The translations under genes and the position numbers were made by a program. Below are positions 24,878 through 36,800 of a DNA stretch of 64,000 nt, one piece after another (position 1 is the stretch's first letter; each line of letters begins with the position of its first letter). The notes below the pieces were generated by a model. It was not told the DNA's origin. It did no database searches and worked only from the letters and a program-made list of their open reading frames with translations. This DNA is from Basidiobolus meristosporus CBS 931.73 (lineage: Eukaryota > Fungi > Basidiobolomycota), in assembly GCA_002104905.1 (NCBI GenBank), contig MCFE01000340.1, forward strand, positions 1 through 64,000. The letters run 5' to 3'.

Positions 24878-27099
24878 GATGACAAAACTTCGTGTGGTGA
24901 ACGAGAGGGAAGGCTTCGATTAACTCCTCAGATACGGAAATGTCCCTAACCTAGAGAAACGAAGCGGGAGAGGAAAAGAAGAGGAATAAATCGAGAGTTA
25001 CGAGAATGCGAAGCATATATATAATCCAGCGTCTAAGCAGGCCGAACACAGCGAAAGGGTACTGGATGCCCATTGGCTGCAGGCTCAGACTCTTGGTGGA
25101 TACAACCTTAAATGAGCTCATTGTATATCACCCAACCTTAATTCAATAGGATCCATTACACAGGTGTGGTGAATCAATTTGGTAGCGCTAACCATTGCCA
25201 CCGCACACGCCTAACCAGCAAAAGAGAATCCCAACGAAAATCAGTTAATAATACAGCATTGTTGCCACCCTCAAATGATGGGCTTTCAGGCGAAATCATG
25301 CAGCTGATCCGCCGCAACATCCGCCTCAAGCACCAATTAACACAGCACCATATATGCAGGGCAACAGACCAATCGGGATCCATGTCAGAAAAGTATTGCG
25401 ATTCTTAGATTGGGTTGGAGCAATTGCACGGCTGATCCACTAATGATGTCTGAAGCTTGTTGGAAAATTTAAATTGCATCTTGCCTAAATCTGGGTTGGT
25501 GTCAGATCCTTTCCCATTGAGAATGGAGCAACTCATATATCTTCAGCAGTCCCACATCCACATCGAATGGTTCCCATCATGTATGTCCGTCCCCGGGAAA
25601 CGGAGCGGGCGCATCATGTGAAGCCACTGGCAGCGGGGGTAAGCCGGCCACACTGTCAGCCGGGTGCTCCAGGATGTCGGCATCAGGCGAGGCGCGTCCC
25701 GTGCTTCGTCGCAGCGAGGCCCCCTTGTGCTAAGCTCCCCAGAAAGTCATAGCCATTTGTTGATCGAAAATCTCGACCATTGTTGAACCAGTGGAATGCA
25801 TCATTTGCAAATAGTAGAATCGATGGACGAGGCATTGGAGGATCCATCAGGATCCAAGACCGATGTACTACATGAGGTGGACGCATTAGCTTTTAAGTTA
25901 TTTAGATGCATCATGGTTGCGTGGTTGGCGGTTCCACAAGTTTGTTGTCTCGTACACATACTACATTAACCTGTTCACCCAAGCTTCCAACTGACATTCC
26001 ATACTGCTTTCAACATGCACGATGTACAGGCTACTTGGAACACCACTGGAATTCTTCGATGTCCATCATTCTGGCAATCATGCAACGGCGGTGTGGGATC
26101 CTTCCCTCACAGAAAGCCATTTTTGCGCCGACAAGAGAGGGCTCGCCCGCTGATCGTTGCATCAGAGCAGAGCCAACGGCCATGGGTGGAGGCCTGATCT
26201 GAGGATGCATAATTACACTAACAACACCTTGCTTAAGCAAGATTAAGTATTTAGGTTTTTTCGTGCTTCACTCACACAAATCTTCTCGACGTATCACAAC
26301 TCTGGGTCCCAATCAGTGATGAAGAACACTCATGCCCATATGGGGTGTCTAAATTAGGGCGGTGTAGATGGCATTCCATGCAGCATACGGACCCAGGTGG
26401 GCACCTCATGTATGTACGAGGCGGTGGGGGGGTTTCAATGGAAGGACAAACCTGAATATCATTACAAATCCAAATGTCACCGCTGTCCATTCACTCCTGC
26501 ACCTGCTCCCTCCAATATGAACTGCTTCATCAAACCTTAATGGCCAGGTAAATCGAGATCAATTTGCTATGGCCGAGGATTCGTCCTATGGATCTCTTGA
26601 TCCTGGGTATTTTCTATGGAGCCACATGTCCATCCATATTTGGTCCCATCGAGCACCGAATGGGAATGCATGTGCTACAAGCTAAAACTTGAGCGGAATT
26701 GGTTGCCCAATACGCTACTGGCATGAAGAGAACCAACTCGCCACTCACATCCATTGTGAACACTGAAAACCGTGGCCGATTAGATATCCTGCCGGGGTGA
26801 TCTCGAATCTTGTGTAAACTATGCCAATGTGGCAAATGGAACAGAGTTGGTCACACTATTCTAGGAGTATGAAGCCAGGCATGATGGGTAAGCCGAGAAG
26901 TATGGAGCTAGAACTGTGGCGCCGAGCGCACTTGACACAAAGGAACCTGGTGGAACCCCACTCCTGCGATCTTGAGGTTTGCAATGTGAAGAACCGAGCC
27001 TACATCACCCGCAATGCTCACCGCCTGATGTGTTGGCGTGCGGAGTTTACTCCAATATGCTGCGTGCACCATTGGAATCCATGGCTAATCGCAATGTGT

Positions 27100-28330
27100 G
27101 AGGCTCTTGTGAGATGAAGCGACCTCTACCCACTGCAATACCACTTTCCTAGCCAGCTGGCCAGGAACTCTGGAATATTTGGTTCTCATACCCACATGGC
27201 CACCCTACAAAAATTGCCATTACTTGTTAATCCCTCCAGTTCCATTTCACCCCGTGTTGTTCATGTGGAATGGAGACCTGCTTCAGCTATATTTATAAAT
27301 CCTGTGCATGGCCTGAATAGGATGGCTATTGGTTTTGGATTTTCCATTGGCAACATTTCCACATCAGTAGCAAATATTTCTACACCGAGACTAGTGTGAG
27401 AAAACTGAGCAGCTTGCTATGGCTAGATGAGTGTTTCTGCCAACCCGCCACAATCAATAAATCATTGGAATGCGACCAAACCTCTGGCTAACAGTCTATA
27501 TCCTTGCTCTGAAGATACTTAAGTATTAATGGTGGTTTCGTAACGCAGGAACCCTGCATCTCCTATCTTATGTTTCATTTGTTCTAAAAGTGCAAAGAGT
27601 ATTTGACGAGTTGTATCCAGCTACACTATAGCAAGTATGATGGCATTGGTGTGACTAGTATTGGAGCAGTGACTACAATCCTCCAAATCTTGCAGACTCC
27701 AATATGCAGATTGGAAAATCAGTGATGATTTTGCATATTTGAAGTATGCTCTGGACGCTCAATAATGGACTCGTTGGAGCCAAAATTTGGATATGTTTGC
27801 TGAAAACAAGTATCTTAGTACCTAATCCCCCAAAAAAGTATTTCATACGTATTCTGCTGGCATTTTTCACTGAAATTTTCAAGAGTAAATATCTCTGGAC
27901 TCAGTGAGCTGACTGTTCCCAAGTTTGACCTGAGGATTACTCAGGCACAAAAACTTCAAAGGCATTTGTTTACTTGTCCTCAGCAAGGCTAGAGCTTTTA
28001 TTATTGAAAGTTATAACTTTGAGACAAATTGGACTTCAGCTGGTATTGTGCTGTCAGTGTGCTGGTCTTTGGTGATTTTTTTAGTGAATTACTTAGTGTG
28101 GGTCCAGAAAACCTTCAAGTATTGTTTTTTACACATTTCTGCAACGTATAAATACCATACTTTGACACAGTAAACCAAAAGCTTGGCATATTTCAGGTCT
28201 TCTAGTTCTCCAACTCACCTCCGATATTCCTCAAATCTTGCAACGAGGTTCATGCAGTGTGCAAGTATGAACATTCAAGTTCCGTTGCCAAGTGTATCAA
28301 GTGCCAGTGATTGACTTGAGAATCTGGGAC
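27100..28330 (-). mobile_element. Possible decayed hAT-like transposase remnant
   Basis: LAHCMNLVAR (~28240-28270) resembles the hAT CxxHxLNL block and GQLARKVVLQWVEVASS (~27120-27170) weakly resembles the C-terminal dimerisation block. There are many stops and partial CpG depletion. Confidence 0.3.
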
Positions 28331-28992
28331 GTATCAAGCATGAGGTAGATACCCAATACAACCACGACACAGTATACCGGAATACAATCCAACGTTAGCC
28401 CAGCCTTGAACACCACCGTTGTTCTGTGCACAAAATCTCAACATATCATTGCGTAAGTGGGTTGGCTGGCGTTTCCGAACTCGAAAAATACAGGAAGATC
28501 TTCGGATTGCTTTGGTGAATTTTTTGGATTCAAAAAAGGACAATCTTCGTTGAAATAGTGGCAACCGTTAATGTCAATGCACGTCAACTACTCATCAAGT
28601 GCTCCGCAATTTTCTAGGTGACCTACCACTGGACGAACGCCATGGATACCGGAACTACTTTGCATAGGAACCTCTCGCAAACAAAGATGAAAATTTTCAC
28701 CCAATAAAAATTCTGATCGATGCCTAACCATGGCCCCTATGATGCTGCACTGGCTCATATTATTGACAAACACTGGTCAAAAACAATCCACTGATTGTGA
28801 TAGATTCTTTCAAAATACAAAGATCTTGACAATTTCAATCCTATTTACTGTACACAGTCTAATTGTAGTATTCGTTATTGAGCAAAGCTCGAGCCAGACT
28901 TTTTTGTAGCGACAACGAGGAGAGCCCTATCTGAGCGACACGTCTCCAACATATCTGACACGTGTAACCACAACGGTTTTGTTTTATGTTTA

Positions 28993-31900
28993 ATGTTCGG
29001 GCATAGAGAGGATTTAGCTCGACGAGAAGGTATGAGGCAGTGATGTAGTCCCCGCACAAGATATCTTGCTTGTCACGGCCAGCTGCGTCTAGCTAGACAG
29101 GCTTGGTTTGAAGTGGTGTCACTGATGCACTAGACTTTAGGTGTTTCCAGTAAAAAGAAAAGGTCCGCAGAAACCCCACCAGGCTCAGAAAAGACACCTA
29201 GAAGCCAGGAGAAGGGAAGAAATTTTGCGGCGATCCTTAGCGCGTTGTCCCCATCGAAGAGAAGTCTTTTCGAGAAGCGAGGTGTCATACGTTCCGCGCA
29301 AAAGATCCCTTTCCCGGAGTCCTTTGGGCAGAGTGAAAAATCCACCCCAAAAAAGAAGAAGAGAAGGAACACAGAGCCCAGTGTAGGTAAGGAGGCATTC
29401 TGTTTGTTGGGCCGTTTGTTCAAAGTGCAGAATATCAACCAACTCTAGAATCAAGTATAGGCATCCCCGTAACACCTCTCAATGTTGACGAAAATGCCAG
29501 CTGCCGGGAAAGGAATAAGCTCCACTGTAGAAAAAGGGATACTATAGAGAAAGGTAGCAACACCCAAGGGAGCAATAAGTGTGTAAGCGCAGGTAGTACC
29601 TCTACTGTCTACCAAGCCACTACAATCGACACATCAAAAGCAGCAAACGATTTTAGCATCTCTAAGAAACCCTTGTTCAAAACCGGACGTACGAAAAAGC
29701 CAAGTGGTGATACTATACCGATGATGAATGGCGGAAAGCCATCCAATCCTTCTCAAGCTCGAACTCCGACAACACTTACCGCCCCCGTAGGTCACACTGA
29801 GGTGGAATCGGGTAGAAAGAAGACGCTTTTCGAGAGTTTCAAGGGGAAAAAGGTCGTCCAAATGGGCCCTAGCACCAATGAAAGCATCGAGAGCTCTCTA
29901 GTGGAAGCTGTTGACAAGGCTAGCCAGATTTCTGTGAACTCTTCCCCTCTGGATCTCAAGAGCAAAGATTTTTGCCATACACGCTCGGAGGAAACGCGAG
30001 TCCCTGCCAATACTCCGTCCCAAGAGCCGAAAAAGAAAAGGAGAAAGAAGAAAAAGAAAAAGAACGGTTAGCCTTTATGGTACATGTACAATCACCTTAT
30101 TCTTACTAATGCATATCTCAGTTGAGAATTCGAACGGCGCGCCTACACTTCCTGAGAGTCGCGGCTCTCAAACTACCATGGAGGTCACATCAAGTACGTT
30201 AGAGGCTGAAGCTGTCCCTGAAACCACATCCTTGGACATCCTTTCTGAAAAGAGTAATCTTGGCATCGACGACAGCGCGTTGCTTGCTGAAACACAGAGC
30301 CAAGAGGTCATTCCTGAAACGGATTCGCATACATTTAGCGGCAAACCGGCCACCGAAGAGACCTTGGAGCAAAGTTTTCCACCGAAAACACTGGAAGAGC
30401 GTGGGGAACAATCCAAAGATTCCGAATTGATCCATTCGACACCCAACTCGTTGTTCAATTCGGTGACTAGACTCTCCGCAACCTTTGACAACGATCATAA
30501 CGAAGCCGCAATCGCCTCATCTCACACTCCCCTTCTGCACTCCAACACACCCTTCTCATTTGGTTCCCCAGCGACAGCAAAGAAAAGTGCAGATTCTTTA
30601 ATGATGGAAAGCGACTGGTCGATCAACCCCATTCCTGAAGCGTTACCAGGAGAAAGCCCTTCTTACAGACGTGAAGCGGGCGGTGATTCTTGTTCTACGC
30701 CAGTCATCGAGTCCGGCTCTCACGCAGTCCCTTCATCACCTGTCCATTCACCAGTCTGCGATGCCGGGCTTCAGCCTCAACGTCTGCCGATCAAAGAAGA
30801 AAGCCCCCAGCACACGAAAGTAGAGCACCATTCGTTTCCCCTGACCGAATTTCCGGATCTTGAGTTGTTCCGTAAGGCTACATATGTTCTGGACAAATTG
30901 TTCCCCAGGTCCATAAGTAGAGCGTTCATCTCATCGGAGGGCACAACCCATCTTTACAGACCAGTGCCGGATGGTCTGACTCTCGCCAGCATAGATCGGA
31001 AGCTTTGGTCCGGAAGATACGATTCGTTCGAACAGTTCGTGCAAGATCTGGGGTGGATCTCGGAGATGGTCAAGATCAACTACGATGACACTGATGAGAT
31101 CTACTTCATCTCTCAAGATTTCATCGACTATTGCGAGAGCATTGCGAAGGATATGCGGGGATGTCCTTCCGAGACACTTGCGGCGTTGCAGAAACGAGAG
31201 GTGTCCCCGTTCGAGGTGCAGGATCTGGTGGATGCAAAGAGAAATCACAAGTGCAGCCCAGACAGCACCTTCTACATCGTGAAGCTCGCCACCCCTGCCG
31301 AGATAGAGCGCAGCAGTCTTGAGCTATTGGAAAAAGAAACCTTTGCTGCGGTTCATTGTCCGGTGTTTGATAGTTTTGGAAGTACTGCAGATGTGCTATC
31401 GAACCCTGAGAGCACCCTGCTTCCTACAGTTCTGAGGATATTTGTATCATACAATCGCACGGTGTTGGAGATGGCCAGAGATGAGGTTGACGGATACCTG
31501 CTGGTGTTTTCCAATGTCAGGGGAAGCAAGGTTCCGACCAAAGGGCGCATTCGACTGCAGGCAGATTGTTTTGTCACCAAACCCATTGGGAAACGGCATG
31601 ACATCGAGGATGTAGACATCTTGCAATGCCTAGACTCCATGAAATCCTGGATCAAGGTGGCGGTAGTCAAAGCATTCAAGTTCGATGCTGAGGTGCCTAA
31701 TAAATTTCGTTCCGCGCATCTTAGTAAAACATTTCGGCCCGTGAAGTTCGACCCACGGACTATGGAGGAAGGCCAATTGGCGCGGGTAATTATGGAAGCG
31801 GAGAACTACTGGGACCCGAAGGTAGTGGAGCAGCACCTCGCAGAGATGCATAGGGTGCCCGCTGATGTTGTAGAAAGGCATTCCACAATGGTAAATCGTA

Positions 31901-33455
31901 TGGCGACTACTGCAGGGAACAACATCACCAAAAATCTGGTGAAGGATGACCCTGACGAGATTCAATCCATCCCCTCCGGGAATGCCACCGGGCTACTGAA
32001 AGACATCACGATCACAGAAGACTCTGACGCAGACTTGCACATCCCGGAGTCTCCCCTTGCAACTACTACGTCGCACAAGTACATTGTTGGTCCCAGCGCG
32101 ATGGCCGGCGAGGATACCGAGCTAGACGAATACTTTGAGGAGCGTGTTTCGTGTAGTATCTCTGATGACTCAGTATCCCATCCAGAAACCCACGCTCAGC
32201 AGATTATGCGCGGTGCATCCCAATCAGATCATGCGGACAGTGAATTTGTGTTCGAAACTCAATACGACGACAGCATCCGGACGCTCCGCGAGCTACCGGT
32301 CGAGGAGATTCAAATCTGCAACGAAAGCCTATTGCCGTGCGAGGCGAGCGGCATCTATTCCAAGCTTAGGGAAATCGGCCTTGAGCTCGGGGTTGAAATC
32401 AACAATGTCAAGGCCGTATTGCCACAAAGCTTATCGCAGAATCCAGTTGTTGGCCAGTTCAAGAAAGTCCACATAAGCACTAGTGACCCGTCAACAGTAG
32501 TCCAGCTATACAAAGACGTCGGGGAGGAGTTTATGGAAAGCCGCCTGATGGAGTTGGTGTGTCTGTTGAAGCTGCGAGGCATGAAGCGGGTTGGGGAAAT
32601 TCTTTCGATCCTCGAGAGCGAAAGTGGCAGCCCAGTCGGGCTGACTATGACCCGCTATCAAAAGACCTTGAAGGAGTATCTGCACGTTCGCCACAAGATC
32701 TCTTCTCACCAAAAGTACAAGCTGATGCGTGATATGATCGCCGCAGTCAAGATCCTGCACGAGCATGGTATATCTCATCGGGACTTGTCGGAGGTCAATG
32801 TGATGGTAAATGAAGTTGATGGCGTTTACCTGAAGGACGGGACGCTTCGACCCAAAGTCATCCTTATTGATTACGGAAAAGCGCGGCTTACGCAGAAAGA
32901 AGAGATTCAAAAATGGTATCTTAGGGCGCTACCGCCTGACGAAGAGGAGCTTTTGCCGCGAATCAGGACCGTTCCCGATCACGGGTACAAGCGCTACAGG
33001 TAACGTATTATCCCTGGAGACGATACCCAACATAGATTGATCCTTTTGTGTGTAGATCGATCAACACTCTGCCGAGAAGCAAGAAAGACTGGGACATCTT
33101 GCCACACAGCATCAACCCCTTTGCTGAAGATATCTACTCGCTCGGGATACTGCTGTGGCGGACCTTTACCCAGCAAAATCCATGGGCGGGGGTTTTTGAC
33201 GACGACATCAAGGGACTCCGACACATCGTCGGGGATACCGTGCGGCTCCGTGCTGAGATCTGCAAAGCTATCCCTGGCCAGAAATGCCGGGAGCTCTTGT
33301 TTGGGTGTCTTACTGTCGATGATGCTGATCGCTGGGACATCAACCAACTTTCGGAATGGATCTGGAACAAGGAGAATAGGATGCAATTGATCTCCGAGTT
33401 CGACCAAGACTTCAGTGGCAGGCACTCCATCCGCAGATCTATGGCAAGGGTGTAG
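28993..33455 (+). CDS. Degenerate bromodomain + uncharacterised central domain + atypical protein kinase, about 1392 aa; join(28993..29029,29141..29386,29449..30066,30122..32999,33056..33455)
   Basis: GT-AG introns of 111, 62, 55 and 56 bp give a 4179-nt frame. Bromo-like block LTLASIDRKLWSGRYDSFEQFVQDLGWISEMVKINY. Kinase blocks GQFKKV, RLMEL, HRDLSEVN, IDYG, EDIYSLGILLW and CL...DRW. The N-terminus is basic and NLS-rich (KKKRRKKKKK). Exons 1-2 are less certain. Confidence 0.85.
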
Positions 33456-33818
33456 CGTAGGCCGTCTAGTCCAAATCCCCCGTGTGCCTTGCCCTCCAGG
33501 GCTGCCCTTCGTTTAGAGTCCCGTGTAGATTTCGCTGTATCTATTTATTGTTTCTTTTACCAAACCTCCAACGCTGATATACCATATGAAAAGCCTGACC
33601 TTGTAGCTAGCCCCAAAAATAGACTAATAAATGCTGTCCATTCGACAGCTGGGCACGTCCGTATCGACACCAACAGCAGATTCCACGACCAAGGGTATGC
33701 GAAGTCTTTATTAGGAGTAAATAACAGAGGGCTCGGGTGGCGCCTCGATAGATGCGATTCACAAATGTTGCTGCAACGGCGGACTAAACATTATCCAAGT
33801 TTGATGCTCAGGTACGCG

Positions 33819-36800
33819 TCACGCTGCTGTGAGCCTGGTCGTTATCGCGGGCTTTGCCTGAGCAGTTTTCCCCATGGGAGTCAATTCCGTATCGGTTGGG
33901 CCCGTTGTCCCACTGTTAGCGGGGAGGGTGGGGGTGTCCGCTGCGGTTGCGCTGCTACCACGATCAGCTTCCTTTTGGGAAGAGGCCCACTCCATGCTGA
34001 TGGCTATGAATCTACGCTCAAACGAATAGTGCTCTAGGTGGATGAATATATTAGTGTGTGATGGACAGGTCTCACGCATACATGTAGCCTTACCTGACAA
34101 AAACCTTATTGGATAATGCGCAGCGAACGAGGTCAGTGTAAGTTGATGGCAGCATGATAACGAAGACGCTTACCTCGATAGCTCGGCCCAACCACCTCCG
34201 ACCCGCACCATGACCATTTTGGTGATCAATAGTCGGCAGTAACAAAGCTTTGGATAGATTTCGCCAATCCAATAATGACCTTTCTCGTTCGCCCGGATTA
34301 CTTTGATGCTTATCGGGCAGCTGTTGACGACCCTTCCAATTTCCACATCAAGAGGGTCTTTCGGGTCAGAAGCGTAGGCGTTAGGTGAGCTCGACATCAT
34401 CTTCGTAGGTATGGGAGGCAACGGGCTTTGGGTATCGGGGCAAGCTTGCAGGGTTTTTTTGATTTGGCTAAGGCTGGGTGCAAGAAGTGATGGGGGTGCG
34501 GTGCCTGCTGGTCTACGAAGCCACTTGAAAGATTGGTTTGCAGCAGACATCTTCGATAGCGAGGCCTTCGTGGGCCTCATGTAGCTCCCAGTAACAGGGC
34601 TGGTTGGCCGCCAGGTAGACTTCGAATCAGTTAATTTGAACTGCCAGGTGATGTGTGGCGACATCGACCTTGATCGGGTTGGTAACCGCTTGCCAGTGGC
34701 GACTGAAGACAAACCGGTTCTTGGACTTTTCCTTTTCATCAGATCTTCCAGCTCCAGTAGTCGTGTGGTAATGAGAATCTTCATCTCCTCCCACTGCTCT
34801 GGTAAGATCTCCAGTCTTTCCTGAATATCCCAGTCATCCATCCCTTCGGCTAACGAGATGGCCTTCTCGATTTCCAATGGGATGCTTTGGGAAAGCATAT
34901 TGTAGGAGGATTCTAGTTCCTTTAAGGCTGCATGAGTTGCCTCCCTCCCTTCGGGGTTCTGCTCGATCAAGTCTAGTGAAGAGCCCATCGCATTGTCGAT
35001 TCTATTGACCAGTTCATGGAACTCCTGGGCGCGCTCAAATTTTCCTTTCAGCTGAGCCAGAGATGCCTGAAGCGACTTAGCTCGCACTTCCACGGTCTTC
35101 CGCTCACTCTGAAGCTTTTCGTCTACTTCGCTGGAAGTGCCAAATAAGCCATCGAATTGTTTGAATCTTTCCATGATGGTCTTGGTAAGAGTGGACTCCG
35201 CTTTTTTGAGTTCGCCCTCTACATCGACTGATACATCATCGTTCTTCTTGATCGTATCGATCTTACGGTCGAGGACATCGAGTTGACTGCATATGGATCC
35301 CAATATCTCCTTACCCAAAGCATTCCTCAGTTCATATGGGGCCAGGTCCAACTTGGCCAGCCTTGCTTGAATGGAGGAGTAGCGTTGCTTGAGCGAGGGA
35401 AGGTTCGGATGAAGGTTCTTTGACAAAGAGGACCAGTGCGGATGCTCAATGAAATCAACCCCAGAGCGGCATTTCTCTTGCTCTTGCTCTATATGTTTCT
35501 CTTCTTGATGCAGATCGATTTCAGCTACTCCCAACAGTCGCTCTAACCGAGTCTCGACGGCGCTCAGGGTTTTCTCCGCTACCCGGAGTTGTTGATGCCA
35601 TTGGACATGGAGACGCAGCAGTTCTGCCTCTTTTTTCATTCCATTATACATCTTAGAAAGGCTGGTCCATTCAGACTCGATGCTGTCCTGAGTTTGGCCG
35701 ATCTTATCCGCACTGTCTGGTGACTGCGCCAAGATCGTGAAGTAATATTCGCGCAGATGGTCATAGCGGGCAGTATGCCCCCGAAGGCTTAATTCCAGGT
35801 CCAAGTAAGCTTGAGCGAAGTGCTCGAGCTGCAATTCGTCATCGGGGTACGACTCGCCCTTTATGACGTTGAATGTGTTTCGAGCACTCGCTATTTCTTG
35901 GTGGCGGCTCACCAGTGCGCATCGGAAGTCCTCGGCGTCATCAAGATACACCGCCATGAGCCTGGAGTTTTTCATGCTGGCCAAGAATGCGGCCAGGTCC
36001 ACTTTAATCCGACCCAACATGGCCTCGGCGGCCGCGTTCTCTCGCTGTAGAAAGTCCGTATGCTCTGGTGAGCAATGCTCTCGCGCAGCAGCAAACGCAC
36101 TGCTCGTTTCTTGCTCCACCTCATCGAGCTTCTCCCGCCAATTCAGCACAGTCTCGTTGGCAATCATGATCGGATCAGCCGACTCGATCTCGCTATGGAT
36201 CCCTCCAAGCACTGAAGACAAATTCTGGGTGGCGACTACAAAACGCAAGTACATGAGTTTCGATTGCAACCTAGACGTGACGCTGGCGGAGAGCTCTTTC
36301 AGGCTGTCCCATAATATATCCAGCTCCCGACCGGAATGAATCATAGCTTGCAACTCAGTAGAGGAGTCTGGGCTCTTGGAATATTTTTCATACTCAACGC
36401 GAAGTGTGTCGAGGGCGAGAAGCATGACGTGTCTCTCTGAGATGTCACTATTTATCTGTAGAGTATCTTTCAATTGTGCCTCCAAAGAAGCAACACCATC
36501 AGAAATGTCTTCGGTGCTTAATAGGTGCATTGTTTCGCCAATCCATACGGTCAAATCGTGGTAGAGCTCCAAGTATTCATCATGTATTCTGTCTCTATGT
36601 AAAAGATCACGCTTCTGGGTAAACTCGGCGGAAATGGAACGTCTGGATTGCACAAGGACTTCGTATTGAGAGATGGCTGCCTGTAGTGCCTCTAAGCTGG
36701 ATTTCTCGATATCTCCGCCAGCTAGAAATGCCTCCATTTCTGGAATGATGCGGACCTGGCTACCCAACTCCTCTAAACCCTTTTCCAGTAGCTTGAGTTT

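Noticed and set aside
29141-29386. Alternative-frame ORF MFPVKRKGPQ...RSLSRSP as a separate SR-like protein
   Set aside because: It starts at GTG exactly on a splice acceptor. The overlapping frame joins exon 1 and exon 3 of the kinase gene in phase.
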